Positions 47,019 through 56,800 of a DNA stretch of 64,000 bases are shown piece by piece. This stretch comes from a virus. The position numbers and the translations under genes were made by a program. The notes beneath the pieces were generated by a model. It was not told the DNA's origin. It did no database searches and saw only the letters and a list, made by a program, of their open reading frames with translations. The stretch lies in IMG/VR virus record IMGVR_UViG_3300030090_006322, positions 1 through 64,000 of that record, one strand, 5' to 3'. Each line of letters begins with the position of its first letter. The first letter of the stretch is position 1.

Positions 47019-47989
47019 TAAAAAAGATCGTCAGCGTCGAATGTTTGTGAGTTTTTCGAATATTCTACAGGTCTAGAATGAAAGAAATCTGTGGCGTTAT
47101 TGCCCATCAGTTCCTCTTCGAACCACATTGTATCTTCTAGTAAAGAAGTGTCAACATCAAACGCTGAATCAAAACCTATTTTTTCTAGAGAGTCATTAAT
47201 TCTGTTTTTAATGAACTCTTTTAAAATTTCGGCATTGAGACCTTTTTCATCAAATCCATTTACCATCCAATCGACAATATTACTTTCTGCGACAAAAGCA
47301 GCTTTAGCTTCTGTAGCTATTCTTTGTTCAAGTTCTTCGTCAAAAAGCTCTGGGTGTTCGCTGCGGATTGTGTTTATAATTTTAATTCCAGCCAACGCAT
47401 GAATATTTTCTTCGTTTCTTGTATATTTTACCTGTTGACCAGTGTCTTTAAGTACATTGCGATAGCGGTTAAACCAATTGATAATGTAAAACTGTGAAAA
47501 CAAAGATACGTTCTCCACAAAAAGAGTAAACAAAATGATGGAATACACATATTGTTTTTTAGAATCTTTGTAAAACTTGTGATTATATTTACGCAAATAT
47601 TTTACCCTGCCTTCGATAAAATCGAGTTGTAGGTTTTTTTCAAAAATATCTTCTAGCCCCAGAACTTTTAAAAGTCTCTCGTAAGCATTATTGTGAATAA
47701 CCTCAATGTTAGCCATCACGTAGCCCAGATCGGTTAAACTTGGATGAGGGAGGTTGTCTCCTAATTTGCTCCAAAACTTTTTAACCGCTACCTCAATCTG
47801 ACCAATAGCAGAGAGAGTCCTCACGACCATCTCCCTTTCATCTTCCGTTAAGTTCACGTTAAAATCCTGAATGTCACTACTGAAACTAAATTCCTTGTCG
47901 GTCCAAAAACCGTTATGCATTGCCTCAATAAACTCTTGCGCCCAAGGATAATGGTCGGGCTTTCTCGATACTTGCTCTTCAAAAATCAT
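47018..47989 (-). CDS. nrdB: Ribonucleotide reductase beta subunit (class Id-like)
   Basis: QIEVAVK, EVIHNNAY, FVENVSLFSQF, EENIH, DFF...EY. Confidence 0.92.
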   Translation of the reverse strand: MIFEEQVSRKPDHYPWAQEFIEAMHNGFWTDKEFSFSSDIQDFNVNLTEDEREMVVRTLSAIGQIEVAVKKFWSKLGDNLPHPSLTDLGYVMANIEVIHNNAYERLLKVLGLEDIFEKNLQLDFIEGRVKYLRKYNHKFYKDSKKQYVYSIILFTLFVENVSLFSQFYIINWFNRYRNVLKDTGQQVKYTRNEENIHALAGIKIINTIRSEHPELFDEELEQRIATEAKAAFVAESNIVDWMVNGFDEKGLNAEILKEFIKNRINDSLEKIGFDSAFDVDTSLLEDTMWFEEELMGNNATDFFHSRPVEYSKNSQTFDADDLF

Positions 47990-48001
47990 GGTTAAAGGAT
48001 T

Positions 48002-48008
48002 TTACACT
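48002..48008 (-). promoter_or_regulatory. AGTGTAA motif upstream of nrdB
   Basis: 12 nt before ATG 47989. Confidence 0.5.
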
Positions 48009-48061
48009 TAGCAGGGGTATGAAGCAATGTCAAAGAGAAAATTTCGGAAAAATTTTTTTTG

Positions 48062-48100
48062 TTGACAAAGTGGTTTCACGGCATATAATAACCGTGAAAC
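48062..48100 (+). promoter_or_regulatory. Consensus promoter TTGACA-N16-TATAAT with an overlapping inverted repeat GTTTCACGG-N10-CCGTGAAAC
   Basis: -35 at 48062-67, -10 at 48084-89. Perfect 9-bp arms at 48073-81 and 48092-100 bracket the -10 element. Confidence 0.7.
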
Positions 48101-48240
48101 GGGATAAACGCAATTTACACCTATTACGGTATAGATTAAGTAAAACGTAATACTATAAAGTATACGTTTTATAAATATTATATAAATATAAATCAGAAAT
48201 TTTTTTAAATTCTGTGGAAAAAGGAAAGCCAGAAGATACA

Positions 48241-48825
48241 ATGGGGTCAGTGGAAAGCGATCTGACACTCATTTGTAAAATACAAGAGGATAATACCGAT
48301 CAAGAAAGCTTAATAGCTTTGGTAGATCGGCACTCTGGCATATTCCACACGATGGTAAATCATTTTATGTCTAGTCCTCAATGCGCTCTCGACAAAACCC
48401 AAATCGTTGAGGATAAAGAGATGACAATTTATGATTCAGCTCTTAACTACGACCCATCAAGAAACACTAAGTTCTCGACGCATTTAGCAAACCAAACAAA
48501 ATGGAAATGCTTGAATGCTCTTAATAAAAAGAAGAAAAATAAAGAGTGTTTTATTGATGATGAAAATAGTTACATCGAACCAAGTTGTGATTCGTTTATA
48601 AAAGACATCAACAAGGAAGAAGCATTAAGTGTGTTCGAAAAGTGTTTAAAAACAGAGGAAGATGATCGCGTTAAAAAAATAGTTGACATGCGCTATGGTT
48701 CATATAATAATAAACTCACTCCTTGGAGATTTATTGCTAAAAAACTTGACTTAAGTATTCAGGGCTGTATAAACATTCACAACAAATTTATTAACAAAGT
48801 AAAAAAAGAAGGAAATTATGTATAA
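48241..48825 (+). CDS. Phage-encoded sigma70-family sigma factor
   Basis: Region 2-like ALNYDPSRNTKFSTHL and region 4 HTH-like IVDMRYG...WRFIAKKLDLS. The start could be 48214, 48241 or 48250. Confidence 0.75.
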   Translation: MGSVESDLTLICKIQEDNTDQESLIALVDRHSGIFHTMVNHFMSSPQCALDKTQIVEDKEMTIYDSALNYDPSRNTKFSTHLANQTKWKCLNALNKKKKNKECFIDDENSYIEPSCDSFIKDINKEEALSVFEKCLKTEEDDRVKKIVDMRYGSYNNKLTPWRFIAKKLDLSIQGCINIHNKFINKVKKEGNYV

Positions 48826-49180
48826 TTCTATCACTGCCGCAGCTTATCTCGTCAAAGATCCTGAAGTAAGAACTACCAATAATGGTAAAAAAGTTGTCAG
48901 CTTAAGAGCTGGCGTTTCTACATCAAACGCAAAAACAAAATGCTTTGTTGATATTGAATATTGGGATAAAACCGCAGAAATCGCTGAAAAATATCTTTCT
49001 AAAGGAAGAGAATTTATTGTTAATGGTGAACTCTGTATGTCTTCTTGGGAAAAAGACGGCAAAAAGTTTAGCAAATATTTTATTAGAGGAAAAGATCTTC
49101 AGTTTTTGAGTTCTAAAAAGTCAGAGAGTGATGGGTCAGAAACATCTGACGATGTGCAAGGCGACGATGTTCCGTTTTAA
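48818..49180 (+). CDS. ssb: Single-stranded DNA-binding protein
   Basis: L.KDPE.R, W.K.AE...YL.KG....V.G.L...W, and an acidic tail ending DDVPF. Confidence 0.92.
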   Translation: MYNSITAAAYLVKDPEVRTTNNGKKVVSLRAGVSTSNAKTKCFVDIEYWDKTAEIAEKYLSKGREFIVNGELCMSSWEKDGKKFSKYFIRGKDLQFLSSKKSESDGSETSDDVQGDDVPF

Positions 49181-50265
49181 TGAAATTATTAAATTTAGAA
49201 GCCCCGTTAAATGGCTTAAGTTTTGGTAATGTTTCTTACAACATTATCAGAGAATTAAAAGATTTAAAAGTAAAGTTGAGTCTGTTTCCCACGGGGGACG
49301 CAGACTTTTCTGCTTTTGATTTAGAGGACGATTTAAAAGAATATATAGAGGATGCTGTTAATAGAAGATGGGAAAGAATATCCTCTCGCGTCCCAACCTT
49401 AAAGCTTTGGCATTTAAACGGGTCTGAAAACAGGAAGACTAAAGATCAACATTTGCTTACTTTTTATGAGTGTAGTTCTCCAACCGATTTAGAGATTAAA
49501 ATCGGCTCAATGCAAGACACTCTCATATTTTCATCTAAATATGCCGCTGATCTTTTCAAGGAAAAAGGACTAGCAGATGTAAATTATATCCCGCTTGGTT
49601 TTGATAAAGATTTCAAAATAACTGGAAAAGAATATCTAAATAATATTATTCATTTTGGTTTGATGGGAAAATTTGAAAATAGGAAGCACACTAAGAAAAT
49701 AATTCAATCTTGGTTAAAGAAGTATGGGAACAATCCTAAATACCAACTTTCTTGCTGTGTTAATAACCCGTTTTTCAACCAACAACAAATGCAAGGAATA
49801 TGGAATGAGGTTACCCAAGGTAAGAATTATAGCAATTTAAATATTCTTCCACGGCTTGCCAAAAATTCAGAGGTTAATGAATTTTTAAATGCAATAGACA
49901 TAGACCTTACTGGCCTTTCAGGTGGAGAGGGTTGGAATCTGCCAGCATTTAATGCAACCTGTTTAGGAAAATGGAGCGTTGTTTTAAATGAAACTTCTCA
50001 TAAAGACTGGGCTACAAATGAAAATTCAATTTTGATTAATTCATCTGGTCAAATGAATTGTCAAGATGGAGTCTTTTTTACCAAAGATTCTGGTTTCAAT
50101 ACTGGCGTTTTTTACACTTGGACAGAAGATGAGGCTATCGCGGCTATGGAAAAAGCGGAATCTAAAGCAGGACAAATTAACACAGAGGGTGTCAAAATGG
50201 GAGACAATATGACGTACAAAAAAACTGTAGAGTCTATTTTATCCCTTATTTTTAGGGAAAATTGA
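49180..50265 (+). CDS. GT4-like glycosyltransferase
   Basis: GKFENRK, SGGEGWNLPAFNA...GK. Confidence 0.75.
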   Translation: MKLLNLEAPLNGLSFGNVSYNIIRELKDLKVKLSLFPTGDADFSAFDLEDDLKEYIEDAVNRRWERISSRVPTLKLWHLNGSENRKTKDQHLLTFYECSSPTDLEIKIGSMQDTLIFSSKYAADLFKEKGLADVNYIPLGFDKDFKITGKEYLNNIIHFGLMGKFENRKHTKKIIQSWLKKYGNNPKYQLSCCVNNPFFNQQQMQGIWNEVTQGKNYSNLNILPRLAKNSEVNEFLNAIDIDLTGLSGGEGWNLPAFNATCLGKWSVVLNETSHKDWATNENSILINSSGQMNCQDGVFFTKDSGFNTGVFYTWTEDEAIAAMEKAESKAGQINTEGVKMGDNMTYKKTVESILSLIFREN

Positions 50266-50295
50266 AATGGCATAATAAATGTTAAGTATATAAGT

Positions 50296-50619
50296 ATGAA
50301 CACATTAATTAATCATATTCTTAACGACATTACTAACACACAAAAAACTACAAAACCTATTCCAGTCAAAGATTCGGGAGATGTTTATGTAGCTGAATTT
50401 GAATTGGCTGGATTTTCTAAAAAAGATGTACAGATCCAAGTTAGTGATAACACTCTAACAATTGAAGCTAAAAACGAACAAAGAAATAAATCATTTAAAT
50501 TATTTTTATATGATCTGGTTTCCGAGGAGCATATTACAGCTTCTTTAAAAAATGGGCTTTTAAATATTACTCTTCCTAAAAAAGAAGTTTCTGCAACAAA
50601 AAAAATTAATATTAAATAA
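50296..50619 (+). CDS. Small heat-shock protein (Hsp20/alpha-crystallin)
   Basis: ELAGFSKKDV.I......L.I and I.ASLKNGLL.ITLPK. Confidence 0.9.
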   Translation: MNTLINHILNDITNTQKTTKPIPVKDSGDVYVAEFELAGFSKKDVQIQVSDNTLTIEAKNEQRNKSFKLFLYDLVSEEHITASLKNGLLNITLPKKEVSATKKINIK

Positions 50620-51005
50620 TGCCTATTTATGTTTACAAACATCCCGAACGAGAAGAATACCGAGAGGTGATTCAAGGGATGAATGATGAACATACATATT
50701 CAGAAGATGGCGTTGAATGGAGCAGGGTATTCCTTGCTCCCAACGCATCTATTGATAATTCTATTGATCCATTTAGTCAGCAACAATATATTGATGCGAC
50801 TTATAACAAAAAAGGAACTGTTGGCGACATGATGGATTTATCTGCTGAACTAAGCCAGAAAAGAGCTGAAAAAGCTGGTGGTTTAGACCCAGTAAAAGAA
50901 AAGTTTTATGATAATTATTCTAAAGAGAGGAATGGTGCAGAACACCCTAATAGAATAAAAGAAAAAGGATACGAAAGTAAAAATGTCAAAATTGATTTTG
51001 ACTAG
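50619..51005 (+). CDS. FmdB-like protein lacking the Zn-ribbon cysteines
   Basis: MPIYVYKH...E..EVIQ.M...RV mirrors FmdB MPxYxYxC..C..FE..Q.M, but the protein has no Cys. Confidence 0.55.
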   Translation: MPIYVYKHPEREEYREVIQGMNDEHTYSEDGVEWSRVFLAPNASIDNSIDPFSQQQYIDATYNKKGTVGDMMDLSAELSQKRAEKAGGLDPVKEKFYDNYSKERNGAEHPNRIKEKGYESKNVKIDFD

Positions 51006-52102
51006 TAATTTGTCCCGCTTACTTGCAATCCTCTTGATTGAGTTACTTTAAAACTAAACTGTGCATCATAACTCATAGTCCCATTTACAGACATATTGTA
51101 GTTGTAAGAATCCAGTTTAGCGTCTTGTATCTTATAAATCATTTGTTTTCCACTAGCTTCTAGCTTTAATTCAAATTGATAATCTTGATCGGATATAAAA
51201 ACACCAGTCATGCCTCCTGAATCTAATCCCGACACCAGAGAGGATACAGAAAATGAACCATCAGCAGGAAACTGTCTTTTTCTGTTATATGCGTAGTCAT
51301 TACCAAACCCATATGAGGATACTCTTGGCATTGAGACATTCATTTCAACAGATTGCACTAGATGTTCTCCAGATATGGGTTGCCCTCCTACCTGTAAGTT
51401 TTGTAAAGTAACATCACTATTTGTATTATCTGGATTAACTAAAGGTGGTTTTTTTTCTAGCGTAGCGCTAGATAAATCTAAACCAAATTCGAATAGGCAA
51501 TTACCCACGCCATTATTGTTTCCACCTGTTAAATTTATAGCTGGCATTTGCATTGATGTCGCAGTCAAATTAGCAAAAACTGCGTTCGAACAAACATATG
51601 ATGTCGAAACCGTGGGTAAATTTCCGATTGAATAATTCAAAGAATAAGAAGAAGGAAAACAATTACCGAAAGCAATGGCTTCATCACCATTTAAATTTAA
51701 GCTAGATCCAAAAGACAATTTATTTAAAAAAGAATCTTCTGCGTTTTTGGTTATTAAAGCGTAAAAATTAGTAGAATCGTTTGTGTCAGAAGGGTCAAAG
51801 AAATTTTTAAAAGGACCACCCACAGGTTTACTGTCTATAAATCTACCCTGAACTTCATTAGAAAAACTAGGTTCAGGCATATATGTAATGTTTAAATTTA
51901 CATCTGGAAATCGATAAAGGTTATTAGAGGATAAATCTTGAGACCCAATCTGCTTCAATGGTTGTCTAGGATATTCAATAGAATAATCTAAGCCTTGAGT
52001 TATCTTATGTAATTTAAGACCTTGATTAGCTGTGGAAAAAGCCACTGTCGCATCTTGAGCTGCCACTATAGCATTAAAGCTTTTTATTATATTCCTAGCC
52101 AT
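51002..52102 (-). CDS. Tail structural protein (tail tube/hub-like)
   Basis: Beta-rich; lies downstream of the TMP; duplicated Q...Y....R....G pattern shared with ORF 53057. Confidence 0.55.
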   Translation of the reverse strand: MARNIIKSFNAIVAAQDATVAFSTANQGLKLHKITQGLDYSIEYPRQPLKQIGSQDLSSNNLYRFPDVNLNITYMPEPSFSNEVQGRFIDSKPVGGPFKNFFDPSDTNDSTNFYALITKNAEDSFLNKLSFGSSLNLNGDEAIAFGNCFPSSYSLNYSIGNLPTVSTSYVCSNAVFANLTATSMQMPAINLTGGNNNGVGNCLFEFGLDLSSATLEKKPPLVNPDNTNSDVTLQNLQVGGQPISGEHLVQSVEMNVSMPRVSSYGFGNDYAYNRKRQFPADGSFSVSSLVSGLDSGGMTGVFISDQDYQFELKLEASGKQMIYKIQDAKLDSYNYNMSVNGTMSYDAQFSFKVTQSRGLQVSGTNY

Positions 52103-52103
52103 T

Positions 52104-53060
52104 TTATGTTCCTGTTGGCACAACTCCTAAAGGATCTTCTACGAGCTGTATGGTTAAAGTATTTGAGTTAACATAATCCCAAGTATGAGTCCAACTTGGG
52201 CTATAATAAACTTTTGGCCTGTTGTAAACCGAAGGTATCTGATGTTCAAATCTTCTGTAACCCCCTTTGTTTTCCAAAAAGTGAATCATGCTTTTGGTTT
52301 GGGAATCAGAAATATTACTAAAAGTATAAGACATACCAAAAGTAGAAATATTATCATTTGTTTTCAGTCTTTGTTTGAAAGAGTTTTTATAATCAATTAT
52401 ATCAGCTTTGATTTTTACATCATTTTGCGTTCCGATATCGGGTTCAAAAAAGAATTTTTGACTCCACATAGTAGATGCTCCAATTGGGCTGTTAGAAGAT
52501 GAGGAAGTATGATCTCCTGTGCAATAATAAAAATTGTCTAATTTATTTTCATTTATTCCAGAATAAACAACATCATACTTTTTATAACTTTTACTTGGAC
52601 CCCATCCAGTGAAAGTTAAGTTAGAAAAACACCCCATTCCTGACCATTTTAAAATAGTCGGGGCGTGATCAACGCTTATGCTAGAAGCGACTTCGAATCT
52701 TTGATTGTTGACAAAGTTTATAGCGTAATTATTACAAAACCCCGTAACGGTTTTATATATGTTAGAAGAGTCAGGAGTAAATTCTATATTTTCTATTCCT
52801 GATTGAGCTTCAAAGAAAGCCGCTAATTTTTGCGCGTTTGTCTCATTAACATCATATCTAATATCAAACCTAGCTGTCAAACTATTAACTGAATATGGTA
52901 TTAAATTATAATAAAAATCATCAGTATCATAACTGTGATTGTTAGCCTGAAAAGATACCTTCGACCCATAAACAGGAGTTAGACCCAAGCCAGCGATGGT
53001 TGATGGAATTGTAATCCCAGAGATATTATCATCCCTATTATAAAATAAATTTTCGCTCAT
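52104..53060 (-). CDS. Minor tail protein (duplicated lambda gpM/distal tail-like domain)
   Basis: Two similar halves ending AFFEAQSG...F and HFLENKGG.RRF; lies downstream of the TMP. Confidence 0.55.
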   Translation of the reverse strand: MSENLFYNRDDNISGITIPSTIAGLGLTPVYGSKVSFQANNHSYDTDDFYYNLIPYSVNSLTARFDIRYDVNETNAQKLAAFFEAQSGIENIEFTPDSSNIYKTVTGFCNNYAINFVNNQRFEVASSISVDHAPTILKWSGMGCFSNLTFTGWGPSKSYKKYDVVYSGINENKLDNFYYCTGDHTSSSSNSPIGASTMWSQKFFFEPDIGTQNDVKIKADIIDYKNSFKQRLKTNDNISTFGMSYTFSNISDSQTKSMIHFLENKGGYRRFEHQIPSVYNRPKVYYSPSWTHTWDYVNSNTLTIQLVEDPLGVVPTGT

Positions 53061-53869
53061 GAATGACCAATATAGTTAAGGGTTAATCTTAGAGTGCCAT
53101 CTGCGGAAGCATTTAAATCTTCTGAAACAAGAGATGCTTTAGGAATGGAAAGGTTTTGTAAAGTTGTTCCATCTCTTCCTTTGATATTGAAAGAAACGGT
53201 TTTTTCTTCTCTTTCTTGATCTAAAAAACTAAACCCGCTTTGTAAAAAGGTATCATCAACTTCTATCTGAACAGAAGCTGTATATTGAATTGGATTTATA
53301 TGTTTTACCTCTGTAGGGACTTCGGAACCTATAGTATAATAAGGTCTTTTTGTTACTGCTAAAGAATAATCAAAACCTATAACCCTATTTGTAGAGCTAT
53401 TATCACAAGTGGCAGTTATAGAGCCTTGGCTTGGAATAAATATGTTAGTCGGAGCAGTTCCAGTGGCATTAGACCCGCTTTTCATTTCATCATAAACTAC
53501 AAAACTGGCATTGACTCTGGGAACAGACCCGACAGCACAATTGACAGAATAAGAATTTAGGTAACCACTTTCAAAACCATAAGATGAATTGTTGTCATAA
53601 TTAAAACTTCCCTTCATTACTTCCGAGTCTCCAGTGAACTGTAAAACTGGGTCATCATATATCAAAGACCTAGAGAAAGAAACTTTTTGGGTTACCGCTC
53701 CACCTACCGTTGTTAAACCAAGCTTACTTCCCAAAGGAGCTAAAGTGTTAGCTGCATTTTTGTAACCTAAATCAAGAGAGTCAATTCCAGATAACTCTCT
53801 AGCCGAAGGACTACCGTCTCGCCCAGATATAAAAAAATGGGTTTGGTAATTTAAAGTTGCGTCATACAT
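53057..53869 (-). CDS. Tail structural protein (tail tube/hub-like)
   Basis: Directly after the TMP; YLNSYSVNCAVGSVP parallels FPSSYSLNYSIGNLP in ORF 51002. Confidence 0.55.
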   Translation of the reverse strand: MYDATLNYQTHFFISGRDGSPSARELSGIDSLDLGYKNAANTLAPLGSKLGLTTVGGAVTQKVSFSRSLIYDDPVLQFTGDSEVMKGSFNYDNNSSYGFESGYLNSYSVNCAVGSVPRVNASFVVYDEMKSGSNATGTAPTNIFIPSQGSITATCDNSSTNRVIGFDYSLAVTKRPYYTIGSEVPTEVKHINPIQYTASVQIEVDDTFLQSGFSFLDQEREEKTVSFNIKGRDGTTLQNLSIPKASLVSEDLNASADGTLRLTLNYIGHS

Positions 53870-56800
53870 TATGCCCTAGCTTGTCTTAAAGATCCTCCGA
53901 GCCTTTTTTCGTCATCAATAACTTGTTTGACAACATCTCTTATTCTAGTCGCGAGATTTACTTCTTCTTCGTTTCCATTTCCGCTTTCATTAGATGTGCC
54001 ATCAGAATTAACTGTTATATTAATAACTGTTTCTCCTTCATTGTCTGAAACAGATATAAGCTCATCTAATTTTCCTATGATTGCTCCAGAGCCATTTCCT
54101 CCCCCTCCTCCAGAGTTAATAGATGAAAGAGTTCCTCTTCCTATCCTCTGTGTAGCGGCAGCATTCATAATAAATTCACCACCAGATAACATTGTAGGAA
54201 CCGTATCAACTCCAGCAGCGTAAGGTATTGAGCCACCAGTGGCTGACTTCTTACTAAATACATCAGTAAGTTCTTTAAATCCAAATCCCGCAATACCAGC
54301 TAATATAGATCCAGTTAATAAACTAGTAAGACCTCCACTTCTCTCTCTAGCTTCTTGCTCTTTTTGGACTTGTCTAGTATACAAATTAAAAGCTTTTCTT
54401 TTTGATTCTTGTTCTCGTTGATATTGTGGGCTGTTTCTCCTGCCAAACATTGTAAGAGCTGCACTTTGTGGTTCTAATGCGATAGAAGCAAAACCCGCCC
54501 CACTTCCGAATTTGTCAAATGCACCCGTGGTAAAGGATTGAGTAGCAAAATCTAACAAGCTTCTTTTGCCTCTCATAGCGCCTTGCCCAAATGTTCCTGG
54601 GGTGAATAAACCTCCTCTATTCATTGTCGGAACAGAACCTTGGTTTAACGCAGACATAAATCCTGCACCATACTTATCTACAGCTCCCCTTCTCATAACA
54701 AACTCTCCACCAGTCAATAAGGCTGGCACATCATCTCTGACTCCAGATCCTCCCGTGACCTTTCCCCCTGTATTTGCTTTAAATATATTAAATAAGTTAT
54801 CAAATCCCGCCCTAAAATTACTTTTAGCTTGGTCGAGGAAAAAGTCTGCTGCGGCTTGTTTTAGTATATCTCCTAAGTTTTCTCCTTTCGCTATAGCATC
54901 AGCTAAACCATCACTAAGTGTATCTACAAACTGTCTAGCTCCTTGCACTAAACTATCGTTTAGTTTATCCTGTATTTCTTTTTCTGAAAAAATGAATTCA
55001 TCTTCGAATTTAGCTCTTAGAGAATCATTAACCTGTAACCTCTGCTTTTCTAATTCTAGAATTCTCTCTTTTAAACTCTGTAATCTAGTTACATCAACAA
55101 CTTCATCTTTTTGTAGTTCAACAAATTGTCTCTTTAGGTCGAGTTGCTCTCTAACTATATCTATTTGTCTAGTAAACCCTCTAGCTTCTCTACTAGATCC
55201 AGCCAAACGTGCTTGGTCTTGTAATCCTGTTATAGCAAAAGCTGTTGACGCTTGAGCAATCCCTCCAGCGCCGCCACCTCTAGCTTGAGCAGTAAATAAT
55301 TGTTCATTTATATTAGATAAGATTGAAGATCCGTCTCTAGCTGTAACTAAATCTACTTTTAATTGTTCGGCCTGTTGCCTTAAGCTTAAAGTAAATTCTG
55401 CCAAAAGTTGACTGTAAGTTTGGAAGAGGTCTATATTATCTCTTGTAGCTTTAGCTAATTTAACTCTTGTTTCACCTTCCTCTCTTGCAAGCTTTACGCC
55501 TTCTTGTCCTTCGTCTCTCGTTTGCAAAGCTGACCTTATTGCGTCAGCTTGCTCGGGGGTAGGTTTGACTCCTTGCGCCCTAAGTTCATTGAAAAATACA
55601 GTATCTAAACCAGCTAAAGACGCAAATCCTCCAGTTTGAATAAGATCAACAATTGCCTTTATGCCTCCTTCGAATTCAGGCATAACGGTCACCAAATTAC
55701 TTATCTCTTGAGAGGTAGACTTAACCGCTTCTGCTTCTGCATCTCTTATATCTAAAATATTTTCCTCCTCTATAAAACCAACTTCTCTATTCGCTTTTTG
55801 TCTATCTGTTAATCTGGCATTCGCAGATACCAAACCTCTTCGTAAATCTAAATCGTTTCTATCCCTTCTTGATTGTGTAGAAGCATCAAAAGATGATCTT
55901 CTTATATCTATACCGAGATCTGATTGGCTATTTCTTACAAGCTCTGCTATTCTTGCTTGTTCTGTAGCAATTTTTGTAGTTATGCCTAAAACTAAATTTC
56001 TAGCAGCGACTTCTTTTTTAATGTTGGATACTGTCCCTTCTACATTTTTTGAAATTGCCTCTGTCTCTAAGACAGATTTTTGTTCTAAGCTTAATATGCC
56101 ATCTAAAATTTCAAAGAATTTTCCTTGTTCGCTAAGACCTTCTACTCCAGCCTCTCTGATTTTGTCTTGTAATTCTAAACGCTGATCATCATTTAAAGCT
56201 AATCTTTCAACAGCATCTATCTGTTTTACTAAAACATCAGCTACTTCTATATTTCCTTGTTTAATATTATTGCTACGCGCTATTTGACCTTCAAGTTGGG
56301 CTATTTGTTCTCCAGTTAAATTTTTATTTGATTGAGCTAATTTTAATTTTTGCTGGTCTGTGGTAAGAGCTGATGCTTTTATTTTAGCTATTTCTATTTC
56401 TGATTTTAAAGCATCCTTTGCTATATTTGCGTTAATTAAATTTATTCTTTTTGTCTCTTCTTCTTGTTCCGCACCTATTTCTTTTCTAATTGTTTGTAAA
56501 GTTCCAGCTCTACCTTCCGTGGTGACTTTTAATCTTTTACCCTCTGCTGTGAACTGTTTTTCTGCCTCGCTTCTTACAGCAGCATCATCGCTACCTAATC
56601 TCTCTCTTAATCCTGGAGTATTTTTAACAAAATCTTGTAGCTGGTCTTGCCTCGCAGAAAAATCTAAGTTAGCTAAATTTTTAAGGCTCTGACTCATTGC
56701 GTCAGCTATTTCATTAGAAAAAACTCTATCAAAAGTTCGCTGTCCCATTCTGGTTTGCCTTGTGAAGCTCCCAGCTTGAGCTTCACCCGTGCCAATTATC

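Noticed and set aside
48008-48268. 86-aa minus-strand ORF in the intergenic region
   Set aside because: Low-complexity translation of AT-rich DNA that overlaps promoter elements.
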